From Piromyces finnis finn (lineage: Eukaryota; Fungi; Neocallimastigomycota): 64,000 bases of DNA. Below are positions 39,726 through 54,395 of the stretch, one piece after another. A program made the translations under genes and the position numbers. Numbering within the stretch: the first letter of the stretch is position 1; each line of letters opens with the position of its first letter. The stretch spans positions 372,001 through 436,000 of the forward strand of contig MCFH01000031.1 of assembly GCA_002104945.1 (NCBI GenBank), read 5' to 3'. A model generated the notes under the pieces. It saw nothing but the letters and a program-made list of their open reading frames with translations. It had not been told where the DNA came from and made no database searches.

Positions 39726-42700
39726 TAACTCATTAATTAATGATTATAAATATATAATTATATGTGGAATTATTATCCTTTTTTATTTATTATTTTATAA
39801 AGTATATAACATATAACGTTATATTAATCTTGTTCAAGATATTATTGAAATATTTATTTTTTGGAATATTTAATAAATTAAAAAAAATAACTGAATTAAT
39901 AATTATAAAATAGTTATATATTAAATTCAATTATTTAATGATTTAACATTTTTAAATGAAAAAAAAAAAAAAAAAGAAAAAGAAAAGGCTTTTGTTATTC
40001 TATTAATATATATGTTTTTTTTTTTTATTATGTACTGTTGAAAAAATTGGATAAAATATAATTGATATTTATGTTTTGTGATAAAAGGTAATTGTTGATT
40101 TATATTTTACAGAATATTAATAAATGATACTTATTTAATTATATCTTTTATATAAATATAATTTATACTACTTTTTATTGATAACATTATTATAAAAGTT
40201 AAAATTGATGTATGTTTACATGTTTACATAAACATTGTAATTTTATTGAAATAGCTTTTTTTAAAAAAAAAAAATTACATAATTTATTATTATTGTTTTT
40301 TTTTTTTTCAATTAAATGTTAATAATTTTTTTGATTTAATTTTATATATAGTATTTATGCTTTTTATTAATTTATATATTTAATTTATTAATAAAAATTT
40401 TTGATAGATAAAAGTTGTTAATAATTTCCTTTTAAACAATATTAAATAATAGAAAAGCAACACTTATCTATTTTACTAAAATACAAAAGTGAATAGTTGA
40501 TTTTATATTTTATATAATATTCATTCCGACTTTATAAAAAAAAAAAAAAGTAGTTTTTTTGTATAAAAGAAATATTCTTCTTATTTATAAAAAATAAAAA
40601 AGGTAATTATTAATTTATTATAATATGAATAATAATATATGATGTAATATGTTGATTTATATATATCCATAAAAATATAAAACATTTATATTTTACCAAC
40701 TTTAAAAAAATACTCCCTTATAATATATAATATATGTAGTATTTTAACATCATGGAATAACTCTTACTTTTTTTTTATATATTTATTTTAACAAAACTAT
40801 GTAAATCTATAATATAATATAAATAATTATAGTTTTATTGAAAGTATGGTATTTTTAAATATTTAAAAAGTATAAACTATTGAAAATATATTGAATGGAA
40901 TGATTATTCAATAATTATAAATTTCATTCCATTTTTAATATATTTCTAATAAAACATAAAATTTTTTTAAACCAATAAATAATTAATAGATAATATAAAT
41001 AAATTGTTATTAAATATAAATGATATATTTAAATAAATTTAGGAAATAGTATATAAAAAATATTCATTTTCTTTGTAGAATAAAAAAAATGATTTTTTAA
41101 TTATATATAAATAAAGTGTTCTTTTTTATTAATTTTACTTTTTATTTTTTTTTTTAAATTTTTAATTTTTAAAAATCTACAAAATTTTATTGGCTAGTTT
41201 TTACGAACAGATTAAAATTTATAATTTATAATAAATTCAATTATTAATAAAGTTTATTTGTTTTTTATTCATTATAATTTCTATATTTAGGATTAAAAAA
41301 TGATAAAAGTATGCTGATAATATATTAAAAATTTAATTTAAATTGAATGATAAATTAAAATATCAAAAATATTAATGAATATACAAATAAATTTTAATAA
41401 ATATAAATGAATACTTTTAATAAATATTTATAAATTTAAAATTACAATATCATGGAAGCAGTATAATATTTCATTGAAACAAAACAATTAATATTCAATA
41501 ATTTTTATCTAATGATAAATTTTATAACTATTATTGTATAAAATTTTTTAACATTATTATTTTACCACTTTTATTTATATTATAATATTTATAATATAAT
41601 AATTATATCATTTTTACTTTAAAGTTTATAAAATTTTTTTTGATTTGAATGTAATAGAACATAACTAAGATTAGTATTAAAATCAAATACATGAATTAAC
41701 TGATCCGTTTTTTAAAAATGATTGGTTGTTATTCCTAAATTCACTTGTAAAATGATATAAAATGAAATTTTATTGCATTAAAAAAATTGTATAATTAAAT
41801 AATTCATTAGAATAAAAATTATATATTTAATATAACAGAGAAGAAAAAATGTAAATTTTTATTTAATACTAAATCTTTAAATTTTGCCTTGTTGGTAATT
41901 CATATGTTTACTAATATTTCATCTATTTGTAATTTAGAAGAAAAATTAGGAGCCAAACTTTTTTGGTAAAAAAAAAAAGCATTTGTAATTATACTTTATT
42001 TTAATAATGAGTTTCATATAATATAATAAAATTTAAATATTCAACTCTCTATAATACAAAATCCTATATGTATATATATATAGGATAATGATTATACATG
42101 TTGTTAATTTTATTTAATAATGATTTTATAAATATTATTAAAGTACTATAGTTCTTGAAAAGAATCTTGGAGAAGTAATAAATTAATAATATACAATATA
42201 CTAAATAAATTATTATTTCTTTTCTTATAATTCCCAAAAAAAGTATAAATTAAGCTAAAATATTTTCAATATATCTATTAGTCTTTGATGTTTTTCATTC
42301 CATTCTCAAAAATATTAATGATAAATATTTAAAAGTATAAAATGTTTATTTTTTTTTTAATATTTATTTTTCTTTAATTTTTCCTTTTACTTAACAAAAA
42401 AAATTATATTGTGTAACAAAACAATAAAAATGAATGATACTTTAACTATTTTAATCATATTTAAAATTTATATATATATTGGTTATAAATTAATTATCGA
42501 TATTTTAAAAAGTAATAACTAATCTTAATATTTATAATTTATTTTTTGTTGATTATTATTGGATAATTGAAATTTCATTTTTAAAAATAAAAAGTTAACA
42601 AATAAAATTAAAGATACATTATTGATACATTAATAGTATATTACCGCAATATATTAGATTATACTTAATAAAATGTGACATAACCAAACAAAGTCATTTC

Positions 42701-44956
42701 AAAAAAAATTTTAAACTATTGATAATATATATTAAACCACATAATTAAACAATACAATATTTATATTAATTTAATATATAATAATATATAATTAATTTTA
42801 TTTAATGAATAATAATATTATATATATTACATAAATAAAACAAAAAAAATAATATTTCCCAACAAAAAGTAAAAATGGATTGGGATTATTAAAAGGATAT
42901 GTAGTATTAATTTTTTGTGTAGTTTTTGACATTGACTTTATACAAAGGTTTTAAAATTTAAAAAACCTTATCTTCTATCTGCAGTTGATTTAATTTACTA
43001 GCATTTATTATAATATACTACATTATATAATATTGTTTTAAAATTAAATATTTTTAAACTTTATTCAATAATAGGATGTTAAATACAAATAAAGAATAAA
43101 CTATAATATATACAATATATGTTATTTTGCTTTTTTTAATATAAAACAAAAAAAAATTTATATGAAAAGTAATTTATCCATATGGTAATAAATTAAACTA
43201 AATAACTCAATATTAATATAATTTAATAAATTCATTATCAATAAAGTTTAACTCTAACAACAAATAATATTTTAGCAATTAAATTATATTGATTAAAGTT
43301 TTTATCTCAATCCAAAAAGTTAAATGGTGAAATACAATTATTTATAATAAATAAACTTTCTATATATAAAACAAGCAGCAACACAGCAAAAAAAATCAGC
43401 TTGAATAATAGTCAAATAAGACAAACGTGAGTTGAAAAAAATAAAAAATGAAAATATATTATTAAAGGAAAATTAATAAAATACTATTTATACTTTCCTT
43501 AGTTATCCTTAAAATAATGATGACAAATTAATTTGAATAATATATATTATAATATTTAAATTTTATTATAATTATTATGAATTAATATATATTTAGTATG
43601 CTACAAGATGATTTTTTAACAACTATTGATTACACTTAAAAGACAAACCTTTTTATATGTACTATGCGCGTAGATATTTTTATTTAAAAAAGTACAAAAA
43701 AAAGGCTTATTAATTTATTAATATCTTTAATTTTATTGATATTTGATTTATATTAAAAATTAAAAAATTTTAATTAATAATATTTCTTTTCGAATTAATA
43801 TATTACATTTATTATTATAATATTATAATATATATTATTAAATTTTTTTCTTTTTTCCATATACCTAAAGAATTTTTTTTTATTATTATTTTTTTTTTCT
43901 TTTTGTTTTTAAGTAACTATAAAGATTTGAAATCTAGTCTATCTATTTTATTTAACTTATATAAAAGATATTTATGTTTTATATATACATTTATTAAAAT
44001 TGATTGATATAAATTATAGTTACTTAATAATAAAAAAAATAAAAATTAAAAAAATAATTAAATATTTTTTTTAAAAAAAAGTGAAAAAAAGAACTAGAAT
44101 TATTTAATTAATTTAAAATTAAGAAACATTAATAAAATGGATAAAATTATATAAAATCAAATATAAATATTATAATAAAGAAACAAGGAAAAAAATATTT
44201 TAATGATAATTATTATCAAAAAATTATTATGTAATAAAAAAAAAAAAATCAATTTAAAAAAGAAAATTAAAATATATAAATTAAAAGAATAAAAATAAAA
44301 ATAAAATAAAACAAATTAATAAAGGAAAAGAAAAAGAAAAAAATAAAATAATAATTAAACAAAATAAAATAAATATCAAATAAATTGTTTTATAATTGAA
44401 AGGTGTCAGTAAGAGTTCAATTTATTAATAAAAGGATTTTTTTTACTACAATATCAATATAAAATTAATTTATAATTTATAGAATTAAATGTACAAAATT
44501 AAACGTACAAAAGATATTCAAACAACAAATACTTTGAATAAATAAACACACATTGAATAAAGATTATTATTATTATTATTTATTTCAATATTTCATTTAT
44601 TTATTAAATTAAGAATTGAATTTATAGAAATTATTTTATATATAGTATTCAAATTATAAACAATTTCTACTATTAAATTTTTTATAATAATCTCATAAAT
44701 ATTATTATTAAAACAACCTAGGTTTGTTAAAATTATAAAATTTCGATTTTATCTTTAATAGTATTAAAATTTATTTATAATACTTAATAAATATATATAG
44801 AAAGAGAACCTTCATTTTAAATAGAAAGGTAAAAGAAATATCAATATAAATATTGAAATAATGAATTTTTATGTATTTTTGATTATATATTATAATTTTA
44901 TAAAATATTTATTAAATCAAAAAATATTATATATATAGATTAAAAAATAAAATATA

Positions 44957-47910
44957 ATGCAAAATTCATATTATAATAATTCTTCCTATTCACAAATTCC
45001 AACAGAAGAATCTCTAATAATTCCAGAATGTATTAATTGGAATATAAACTCTGTAGGCAATATGTCTACAAATTATAGAGAAAGATTAATGACAGAAAAT
45101 ACAGATAATAATACTTCTGTTGATGATTCTAATGTCCCAAGACTTCAAATTTATACTCAAAAAATTCGTCAAAAGACATTAAAACGTAAAATATAAAATA
45201 AAATATAATAAAATATAAAATCTTTAATTATTAGAACTTTATAAATAATACAATATAATTAATAATATTTATATATAATTATAATTAATTATTATATACA
45301 GTTGATATAAATAATATAAATACTAATTATGATTCAGATGATTCAGACGTTGATTCTGCAGTAGTGAACGTTCCAAAAACAATAAAGATTATGGATATTT
45401 TATATAATACAAATTTTTCATCACAGCTACGCTCGGAACAAAATATATCAACAATTAGTCATTATTTAAAGAACATAATTAATAAAACTGATGGAAGAAG
45501 AAAAAGCGAAGTTTATTCAATAAAGAAAATAGTAAATGTATTAAATTGGATAATGCAAGATTGGCAAATTGAAAGTATTGCTAAGGTTATTGTAAGTATA
45601 ACAGCAAACTGGACACTTGATGAATCGAAAAAAGGTAATTTATATATAAAATGAAGCATATCAATTTAACAAACATTTGTTAAATAAAATTGAAAGATTA
45701 CTATTAACTATGTATATTTAAACCAAATATAAATATAATTATAAAGATAATCTAGTAAAATACTAACTTTCTAATTTTTTATTTATGTAATATATTAATT
45801 ATGCATTAAATTGTTATATGTTAAAATATATATAACATTATAAAATAAAAAAGGTGATTCAAGACTTGCTCGTTTAATTAGAAAAATTACAGATGAATGG
45901 GATCCACAATATATTGCACATCTTGTTTCAATTTTATTTTCAACACATCCTCTATGTAAAGAGGATACTGAATCATATAAAGAATACAAAGAAGTATTTT
46001 TAAAGGTATTATCAAAAAGATGGAAATTTTGTCGTTTATCACAGTTTTTTATTTGTCTTGGAAATAAAGGAGCTATTAATCATAAATTAAAAATGCATTT
46101 ATTACAACGTGCTGCAAAGTTTGAAGATACTAAAAAAAAAATGAATTTTAACTTTAACAATATTCAAAAACAAAGACCACAATATATTATATCATCACCA
46201 CAAATTCCAATTCAAACACAAATTCAGTTTCAACAATCAATCCCATCCCAAATTCAATCCTATTATCAAACCCAACCTCAAACTCAAACACAAATTCACT
46301 CCCAAATACCATATCAATTAGGACAAGTCCAATCTATAGATAATAATGTGAAGCAATCAAATCAAAGTCAAACCCAAGATCAGATTCAAAATGGTCAAAG
46401 TCCACAAGTTTATCAAACAGTGATGATTTTGTCGCCACAAGCTACGATAGTAAGAAATCAGGGAAGCCCAAATTCAACACCAGGTCAAAGTCCACATACC
46501 ACATTTTTTCAAATACAAGATTTTCAAAGACCTTTTTTTAGTCAATCACCGTTAAACGATAATGCATCAATGGCATCTTCTTCAAATTCATCAATATCTG
46601 TTTCACCATCTTCTATACCAATAATTACTTCACCAATCTCAACAAATATGCCAATGGCTACGATTCGTTCAATGAATCAAGCAATGGCAACTATGAATAC
46701 TCAGCAAGTATCAATGATAATGACGCCTTCCAATAATCCTACTATAATAAATTCAGAAGACAAAAGAACGAGTCAAGATACTCCTAACACTATAAATTCG
46801 CCACCAATGGTTGTTTCTAATATCATTACTATGCCATTTTCCCCACAAACAATAACTAATGAAACAGTAGTACATTTATCCCAAGGAACACCTGTTATTC
46901 AATCTTTAAATCAACAAGGATCATCTATACATTCATCAAATACAATTTCAATTTCATCACCTAAAATAGACAATTCTATTCTTTTTTCTCCATCTACCTC
47001 ATCAACAACTAGTCATAAAAATAGTTCTGATATTTCATCACCCTCTTCAAGTCATTCTAAATTAAAAGGTAAGGAAGAGGAAAATTCAATGTATTCGACC
47101 TCATCTTCAACTTCTTACTCCTCAGTTATTGATCAACCAAAAAAACAAAGTTTATTATTTATGACACATTCATCAGTTTTCCCTAATACAACATCTTCAC
47201 CCAATTTCCAAGAACAATTACATACTTCATCTTCCCCTCATATAAATGTTTCAGAACCTATACCATTAACTATAAATGTAAAAAACATTGAACAGAAAAT
47301 TGAAGATCTTACTCTTAAAGTGGAAAAAAATAATATTTTGAAAAGCAAAGAAGAAAGTAGTTCTACCTCTCTATCTCTTAACGAAAAATCTTCTCCTTCT
47401 ATATTAATAAATAAAATTTCCACAATAAAAGATACTAATGAAACTTTTAATGACAAAATTATTTTTGATGATAGTAATGATACAATGGCCTCTCCAAAAC
47501 TTTTTTCAATTAATAAGAAAATTGAGCAACAAGAAACTTCTTCCTCATTAAATTCCAAAAAAAATATAATTAAAGCAACTTTAAAAAATCAACCATCTGA
47601 TGAAATCCAAAAAGAAGAGGCGGACACTTTAAATATGGTATCATTAACAGAATTAAAAAACAGCAAAATAAAAAATGATCATCCTTATTATGAAGAAATA
47701 TTTAATTTGGATGATTTTAATAATGAAGAAAAAAAAGCTATTCTTGATATAATAGATAGTAGTGAAGAGGATTTAGATGAAATTCAAATGAAAAAAGATG
47801 AGGAAATAAGAAATTTTATACAAGAAAACAAAAAAGAGTTTACCAGTCTTTCAACCACTCCCAAAACTCCACCTCCATCTTTATCTTCATCACCATTTTT
47901 TCAAAAATAA
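44957..47910 (+). CDS. Hypothetical protein, 3 exons: Trp-spaced helical domain followed by Q/S/P/T-rich disordered region
   Basis: ORFs 44957, 45364 and 46093 join in frame through GT..CAG (about 45186-45301) and GT..AAG (about 45635-45853) introns. I do not recognise the family. Confidence 0.72.
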
Positions 47911-49037
47911 ATAATACAATTCATTAATAAAAAAATATTTAAAATATTCAAAATTAATACAGAATAAAAAGAACATAAAATATTTATACATATTTAAATT
48001 AAGGAAAGTGTAAATAGGAAAAAAATTAGAATTGTATAATTAAATATATTACAAGAAAATACTTTTCTAGTTTATGTTTTGAAATAATGAATAATAACAA
48101 TGAGAGGATGATAATATTTCGATAATAATAATAATAATAATAACAATAATAATACTCCATAAAAAGCATTCTTTTATATATGTCTATAGTATTAAGCATA
48201 TAATTAAAGTAAATGTTTTTAAAAACAAAAATTAAAAAACATTTAATGATATATAACAAAAAAAGAAATGATATTAGAAGTGAAAAGAGTAACAAGATAT
48301 ATTGTTTTTTATTCTCTTCTTATTATTATTTTATTTTTATATATATATATCATATTAATATTATAAGTATATATATACTTATCTTGACATTTAAGAAAAA
48401 TTAAAAAAAAATTAAAAAAAAAAAAATTATACAACTTTTTAGTTAGATAAAAAATTAAGTTTTTTTTTTAAAAAAAAAAAATAGTTAATTAATATTATAG
48501 AGGATAAAAAAAAATTCATAAATATATAATATTTTGAAAATATTTAATATTTTCATATTTTTTTTTTTTATCAACTGTTTTTCTTTTTTAAAAAAATAAT
48601 AATAATAAACTTAATCATAGTATTTAGCAACTGTGTTGTTATATATAAAAAGATTTATTAAACATACAAATATAAAAATAAAAAAGTATTATTATTCATT
48701 GAAAATCTTTTATAATATTTATAGTATAATTAATAAAATTGTAATTTTATCATATTTTCAAAAAAAAAAAAAATCTATTTTATTTCTTTAATAAAATTAA
48801 AATAGAAAAAAAAAAAAAAAATAACTAATAAATAAATATAAAATAACATAATATTATAACGATAAATGTAGTTTGGTGATATATTGATAAAAAAAATTAA
48901 TTTTATTATTTTTAAATAATTTTATAGATATTACTGTCTATTTTAATCTTTTACCTAAATTTACACTTTTTGAATTATAAAATAAATATAAATAGATGTC
49001 TTTTTTTCATATATTTATTAATAATAATTATTTTAAT

Positions 49038-49042
49038 AAAAA
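49038..49042 (-). terminator. RNA polymerase III oligo(T) terminator of tRNA-Leu
   Basis: TTTTT on the minus strand 5 nt after the discriminator base. Confidence 0.7.
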
Positions 49043-49047
49043 GAACC

Positions 49048-49128
49048 TGACTAAGGTGGGATTCGAACCCACGCCACATGTGTGACCAGGGCCTAAACCT
49101 GACGCGTTAACCTCTCCGCCACTTAGCC
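49048..49128 (-). tRNA. tRNA-Leu(TAG): tRNA-Leu (anticodon UAG), intronless, long variable arm
   Basis: Minus strand GGCTAAG TG GCG..CGC G TCAGG TT-TAG-GC CCTGG TCACACATGTGGC GTGGG TTCGAAT CCCAC CTTAGTC A. Acceptor, D, anticodon and T stems all pair. Confidence 0.95.
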
Positions 49129-50702
49129 ACTTGAATTTGTATGGTACGATCGATTCAGAAAAATACAAGAACATAGGAATTCCACCATGTAACCCTTCAA
49201 TTTTTGAATATTAATTCTAATTTAAATAATTTTAGGTTTAATAAAATTTTTAAAAAATAAATAGTGGATTTTACTTATTTGTTTTTATAAGATATTTAAA
49301 TAGTAAATTGTGATTCTTTTATAATAAAGAAACTAATAAAAGATAAAATAGTAATAATAAATAAAAGTTATTTCTATTGTTGTGTTATTTTATTATAATA
49401 TAATATTTGTTAATTAGTTCTAGTTGTATTGACCCATTTAAAAGTATAAATCAAATAAATAGATTATACCATGCTCTATACAAGATGCATAGAAAAATAT
49501 AATATTTTAAATATTTCATGAATAATATCTAATCCTTTTAAAATTTGTATAACAACTACTATTAATGTTAGTAATAATTAAACTATATTAGTATAAATTA
49601 TTATTACGCAAATGTTACACAAGAAAGGAAAAAATATAAAAATAGTGATCAAGAACAAGACATTGAGAGGAAAAGAGAACTTTTCAATTATAAATAATAT
49701 TTGATATTTTAGTTTTAAGTATTAACTTTATTTTATTTTTATTTCATTTTATTAGTTTTAATTGGGTTAGTTTTAGGTTAATACTATAAATATTTTAGTA
49801 TTGATTAGTATAAATATTAATTCTAAAAAAAAAGGGTATCTATCGTTTATTTTTTTTATTATTTTAAAAGATATATTTTATTATTAATAACCATTTTATC
49901 AATATATTTTTATATTTACATTCTATATTTCATTATATAATATTTATTTTAATTCTCAATTCTATTAGTATTGACTGTTATTAATCTTTTAATTATAATA
50001 ATAATTAAAGAAACTTTAAACCAAAGTCTATTTAATTACATTGTTATAAATTTATTATTTTTATTATTTTATTTTTTTTATTATAAAATAGAAATTAATA
50101 CAATATTATATATTCAACCATCTTTCTTTATTGCTAACGTTCACAATTATATTTTATTTATGGTATTTTTGAGATATATTGCATCAATTTTGATAAATAA
50201 TAATTATAAATATATTACAAACTTGATATAAAATTAAATCATTTTATTTAATTCATTATAAAAATATAATTGACATAAAAATCAATTATTTTATAAATTT
50301 GTATATTTGATTGGGTTAAATTATAAAAATATAAAGAATAATGATAATTTCTAAAGACTTAGATTATTAAGAAATAAGTTAATTTTAAGTTGTAACTTAT
50401 CAAAAAGATTAAATAAATATAAAATAATATATAAATAATATAACATTTAAATATATTATTATTTTTTAATTTTATTTATTTATCGATTATCTCTTATTAA
50501 TATTTAATATTGAATATTAACTATTAATTTATATAAATAATAACTTTTGGAAAACGGAAAAAATAAAAAAAAAAAAAAAAAAAAGAAAAAAATCTAATAA
50601 ACTAAAAATAATAAAAACCTATTTATTAAAATTTTGGATATATATTTTTAAAAGTATTTATGAAAAAGTTAAATAAAAAAAAAAAAGGAGATAGTGATTT
50701 TT

Positions 50703-53700
50703 TTAATAAAAAACACCTCGTTTATATAATCTGGTATCTTGTTTTTTTGGATTTGTAGATTTAACAGCCTCGGTTAATTGTTGCATTTCTTTTAACATAT
50801 CCATTGTATCATCATCTATAAGCATTTGATTATCATTCAATGATGGTTCAAAAGCAGCCATAAAATCTTCTTCTATTATATTGTTCTTTGCCATTGTATT
50901 ATTTTCACTATTAAATGTATTCTCATTGGTTTTCTTGGTAATAGTATTATTTTCATTATTTCTATCATCATTATTATTTTCATTATTAATATTACCGACA
51001 TTATTATTTTTAACATTAATATTATCAATATTGATATTATTATTGCTGTTATTATTATTTTTATCACTATTATCATTATCATTATTATTAATATTATTAA
51101 TGTTATTGTTATTATCACTATTATCTTTATCATTATTATCTTTATCATTATTATTATTATTGTTATTGTTATTGTTGTTGTTGTTGTTATTATCACTATT
51201 ATCACTATTAGTATTAATAATATCATCATGAGAAGATGTATGATCAACTTCCATGTCTATTGCTAATATTTCATTATTATTTTGAACGATTTTTTCTTTT
51301 TCAGTGTAGTCGGTATTAAGAGTAGTAGTATTTAAATTTTTTGTTGAATTGTCGTTATTTTCTTTATTATTATCACCATTTTTATTCTTTTTAGTAAATC
51401 TTCTTCTTTTCTTTTGTCTATTATAATTACGATCATTCATGATAAAATTCCTTTTTCCTGAAACAAATTTTATATCATGTTGTGGAAAGGTGTTTTCTTT
51501 AAAAGATGAATGAAAGAGGTCACTTTGAAGTCTAGATTCTCTAAACTTTGGATGACCATTGGCATATCCTTCAATTTCATCACTACTAATCAACCATTTA
51601 GACTTTATTCTTATTTTTGTAGATTCTTTTAACTTGTCAAATTTCTCTTGTATTGAAAGAGTCTCATCTGATTCTATAGTCTTATCGTATGTAATCTTAG
51701 AGAATGGATGTTTTCTAATATATTCTTGTACATTATCTGGATTTTTGAAATATAACTTCTTTAAATATTTAATAAGTGAAAGAAGAACTGTCTCGCTTTT
51801 ATTATCATCATTAGTAATTTCAAATGTTGGTATATGAATAGCATTGTAAGGATATTTTTTGGCTTTGTGTGGAGAATCATCAATAATAATTGTATTTTTC
51901 TAAATTGATAATTATTCAATAATTATATAAATTTATAATTATTAATAAAAGTTGACATTAAAATTAAAAATTAAAAAATAATAATAATAGTTAATATAAT
52001 AAATAATAAATAATAAATAATAATAATAATATTATTATTATTACTTTAACAAACAAAAAAAAAAGTATTTACCTCATTCCAATGACCAAATTTATTTACT
52101 GCTGGATATAAGGATCCTTTCAAATAAGTATCACTTTTATTATTCCATAAATTTTCCATATTTTTTTCGGTTTCATGTATGGTTCCTGGTATTGGAGTAC
52201 AGAAATCTCTTGCCCATTTGAAAAAGATACGATGGAAATAGTCCTCGAAAATTAATTGATTATTCTTTTTTCTTTTGTCTACCTTTAAAATCTGACTTAA
52301 CATTAACTCAGAATTTTTTAATATAGCGGATGTCCATGCACCCACTGCAAATCCACTTTCCAATTTATCTTTATGTTCACCATCAATATTAAATAAGGTA
52401 TCAATAAAGGCATCAATATAAGGTCTTAAATATACAAATCTTCCATTGATAGAGAAATCTGCAATTCTGGTGGTAGGTCCTGCAATGAAATTATTTTTTA
52501 AGCGATGAAGTAATGTACCATTTAAATCAAAGATAATTAAATATTTATTTTTTGGCTCTGTTGCAATGGATTTATAAATAACATTTGTTTTTTTTCTACC
52601 ATTTCCAAACTTTATATTCATTTCCTCGATATTAGATTGAGTAACATAAAGTTCTGTTTGTCTTATTCTATTTGGATAGTCACCATTTTCCCAATTATCT
52701 AAATCATTTACCTTTAATGATTTCCTAATACCAAAATCACCCTTTTTCTGTACACAGAATGGATTACTATTAAGATAATTAATAACATTTGTAGGTTGAA
52801 CATTTAAAAGTGTTTTTAAATATTGAATTAGAGATAACAATGATGTATCATTTTTAGCTTCCATTTGTAAATTAGCTACATCATAAGGTGGCACACATAA
52901 AAAGTTACTTTTTGGTGGTAAAACATTTGGTCTTAAAGAAGTAATTAAAATAACATTTTCCTATATATGTCAAATAATTGAAGAATTTATATAGTTAATA
53001 TTTCATCTAAAAATTTTATTTAATTATAAATGATTTCATAAATTATATTAATATGCATAAACATACTTTTTGCCAATGGTCATATTGATTAACAGGTGGA
53101 TAAATGGTATCAAATTTTTCTAAAGACTCTTTACTGTTGATAATAGTATCGATATTTCTTACATATCTTGGTTGTTCCTCGTCATTATTTTCATTTAATT
53201 CACAGTGATCAATAGTCCAAATAAAATGAAGTTTTTTTAAATAATCAATTCTTTCACTGTCGGTGCGATCAATCGGAACATCTTTAAAAATTAAATTTGC
53301 AACATCCATAGTAATAAATGGTTTTGTTGTATTCCAAACAGCGACTTCAAACCCAATTTCTTCATCATAATTTGACTTCATACTAAAAAGTTCTTTTAAA
53401 AATGAATCAATAAATGGTCTTAAATAAATATATGCATTCTTAAGTTTATAACTAGGATTAATCTTTATAAGTGTTGATACAGAATCAATTGATACTCGTT
53501 GATACAATAAATTATATATATCTAATACAATTAAATATTTTTTAGTTGGCTCTTTCTCAATTTTTGGATAAAATTCTATTTTTGGGAGGTTTGGAGATTT
53601 TAGGATTGATTTTGGTTTTTTTTTATAAATTGAAATGTCTGGTTTACTTTCTTTTTCTTCTTTACTGATTTCTTCTATATTTTTTTCCTTTTCTTCTACA

Positions 53701-54395
53701 TTTTCAACTTTTTCTACTGATTTCTTATTATTTTCAATCACTTTTTTTTTATTAGGTTCTTCAACCTTTTTATTATTTTCTTTACTCTCCTTTTTATCAG
53801 CAAAATCATCTATTTCAATAATTTCTTTATTTTTATTAAATCTTACTTTTTCTCTTAAAGCATTATGAATATTACTATTAATATTATTTTTGAGAATATT
53901 TTTATTTTCAAAATCATTTTGTAAATGATCGCTTTTAAACAATGTATTGTTTTGATTTTCTTTTTTATGATGACTAAATCTTCTATGTGTCATAAATTCT
54001 TCTTCGTTATCTACATCATACATTCTTTGGTCATTTCTACTGCATCTTTTATAGTTTTTTCTAAATCTATCTTGAAAATTATAATTATAATGATGATGTC
54101 TATAGTCACTATGATATTCACCATCCTTATAGTGATTCAATTTTCTCTTTTTAAAAGAATGATGTCTTGAAGAACCAATTGAAAAATTGGTAAGAATATC
54201 ATTAATTTCATCTATTTTTCTATTAAGTTCATTATATTTATTATGAAAAGAATAAAACATTTGTGATAGTTGATCTCCATAATATGGTACACTAGAAGGA
54301 TAAGAAAAATTTGTACCAAAACTATACATTGAATTTGTTATATTATTTCTTCTCAAATAATTTACAAAATCTATAAAATCTTCATGATAACTCAT
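50703..54395 (-). CDS. Protein with two tandem FCP1-like/NIF (HAD) domains plus N-rich tail; 3 exons (54395-53067, 52960-52073, 51899-50703)
   Basis: ORFs 53043..54395, 52046..52894 and 50703..51593 join by phase-0 GT-AG introns (52961-53066 and 51900-52072). Domain 2: YLIIFDLNGTLLHR..YLRPYIDAF..AWTSA..NTIIIDDSPHK..PYNAIHIPTF. Domain 1 is a degenerate copy. Confidence 0.82.

Noticed and set aside
49048-49128. Possibility that the long-variable-arm tRNA is tRNA-Sec or a suppressor
   Set aside because: Anticodon is UAG (Leu) with a standard 7-bp acceptor and 5-bp T stem; no in-frame TGA seen in the genes I traced.
49578-49697. Stop-free 39-codon stretch YANVTQERKKYKNSDQEQDIERKRELFNYK*
   Set aside because: No start codon, no clear splice acceptor and no recognisable homology; too short to support.
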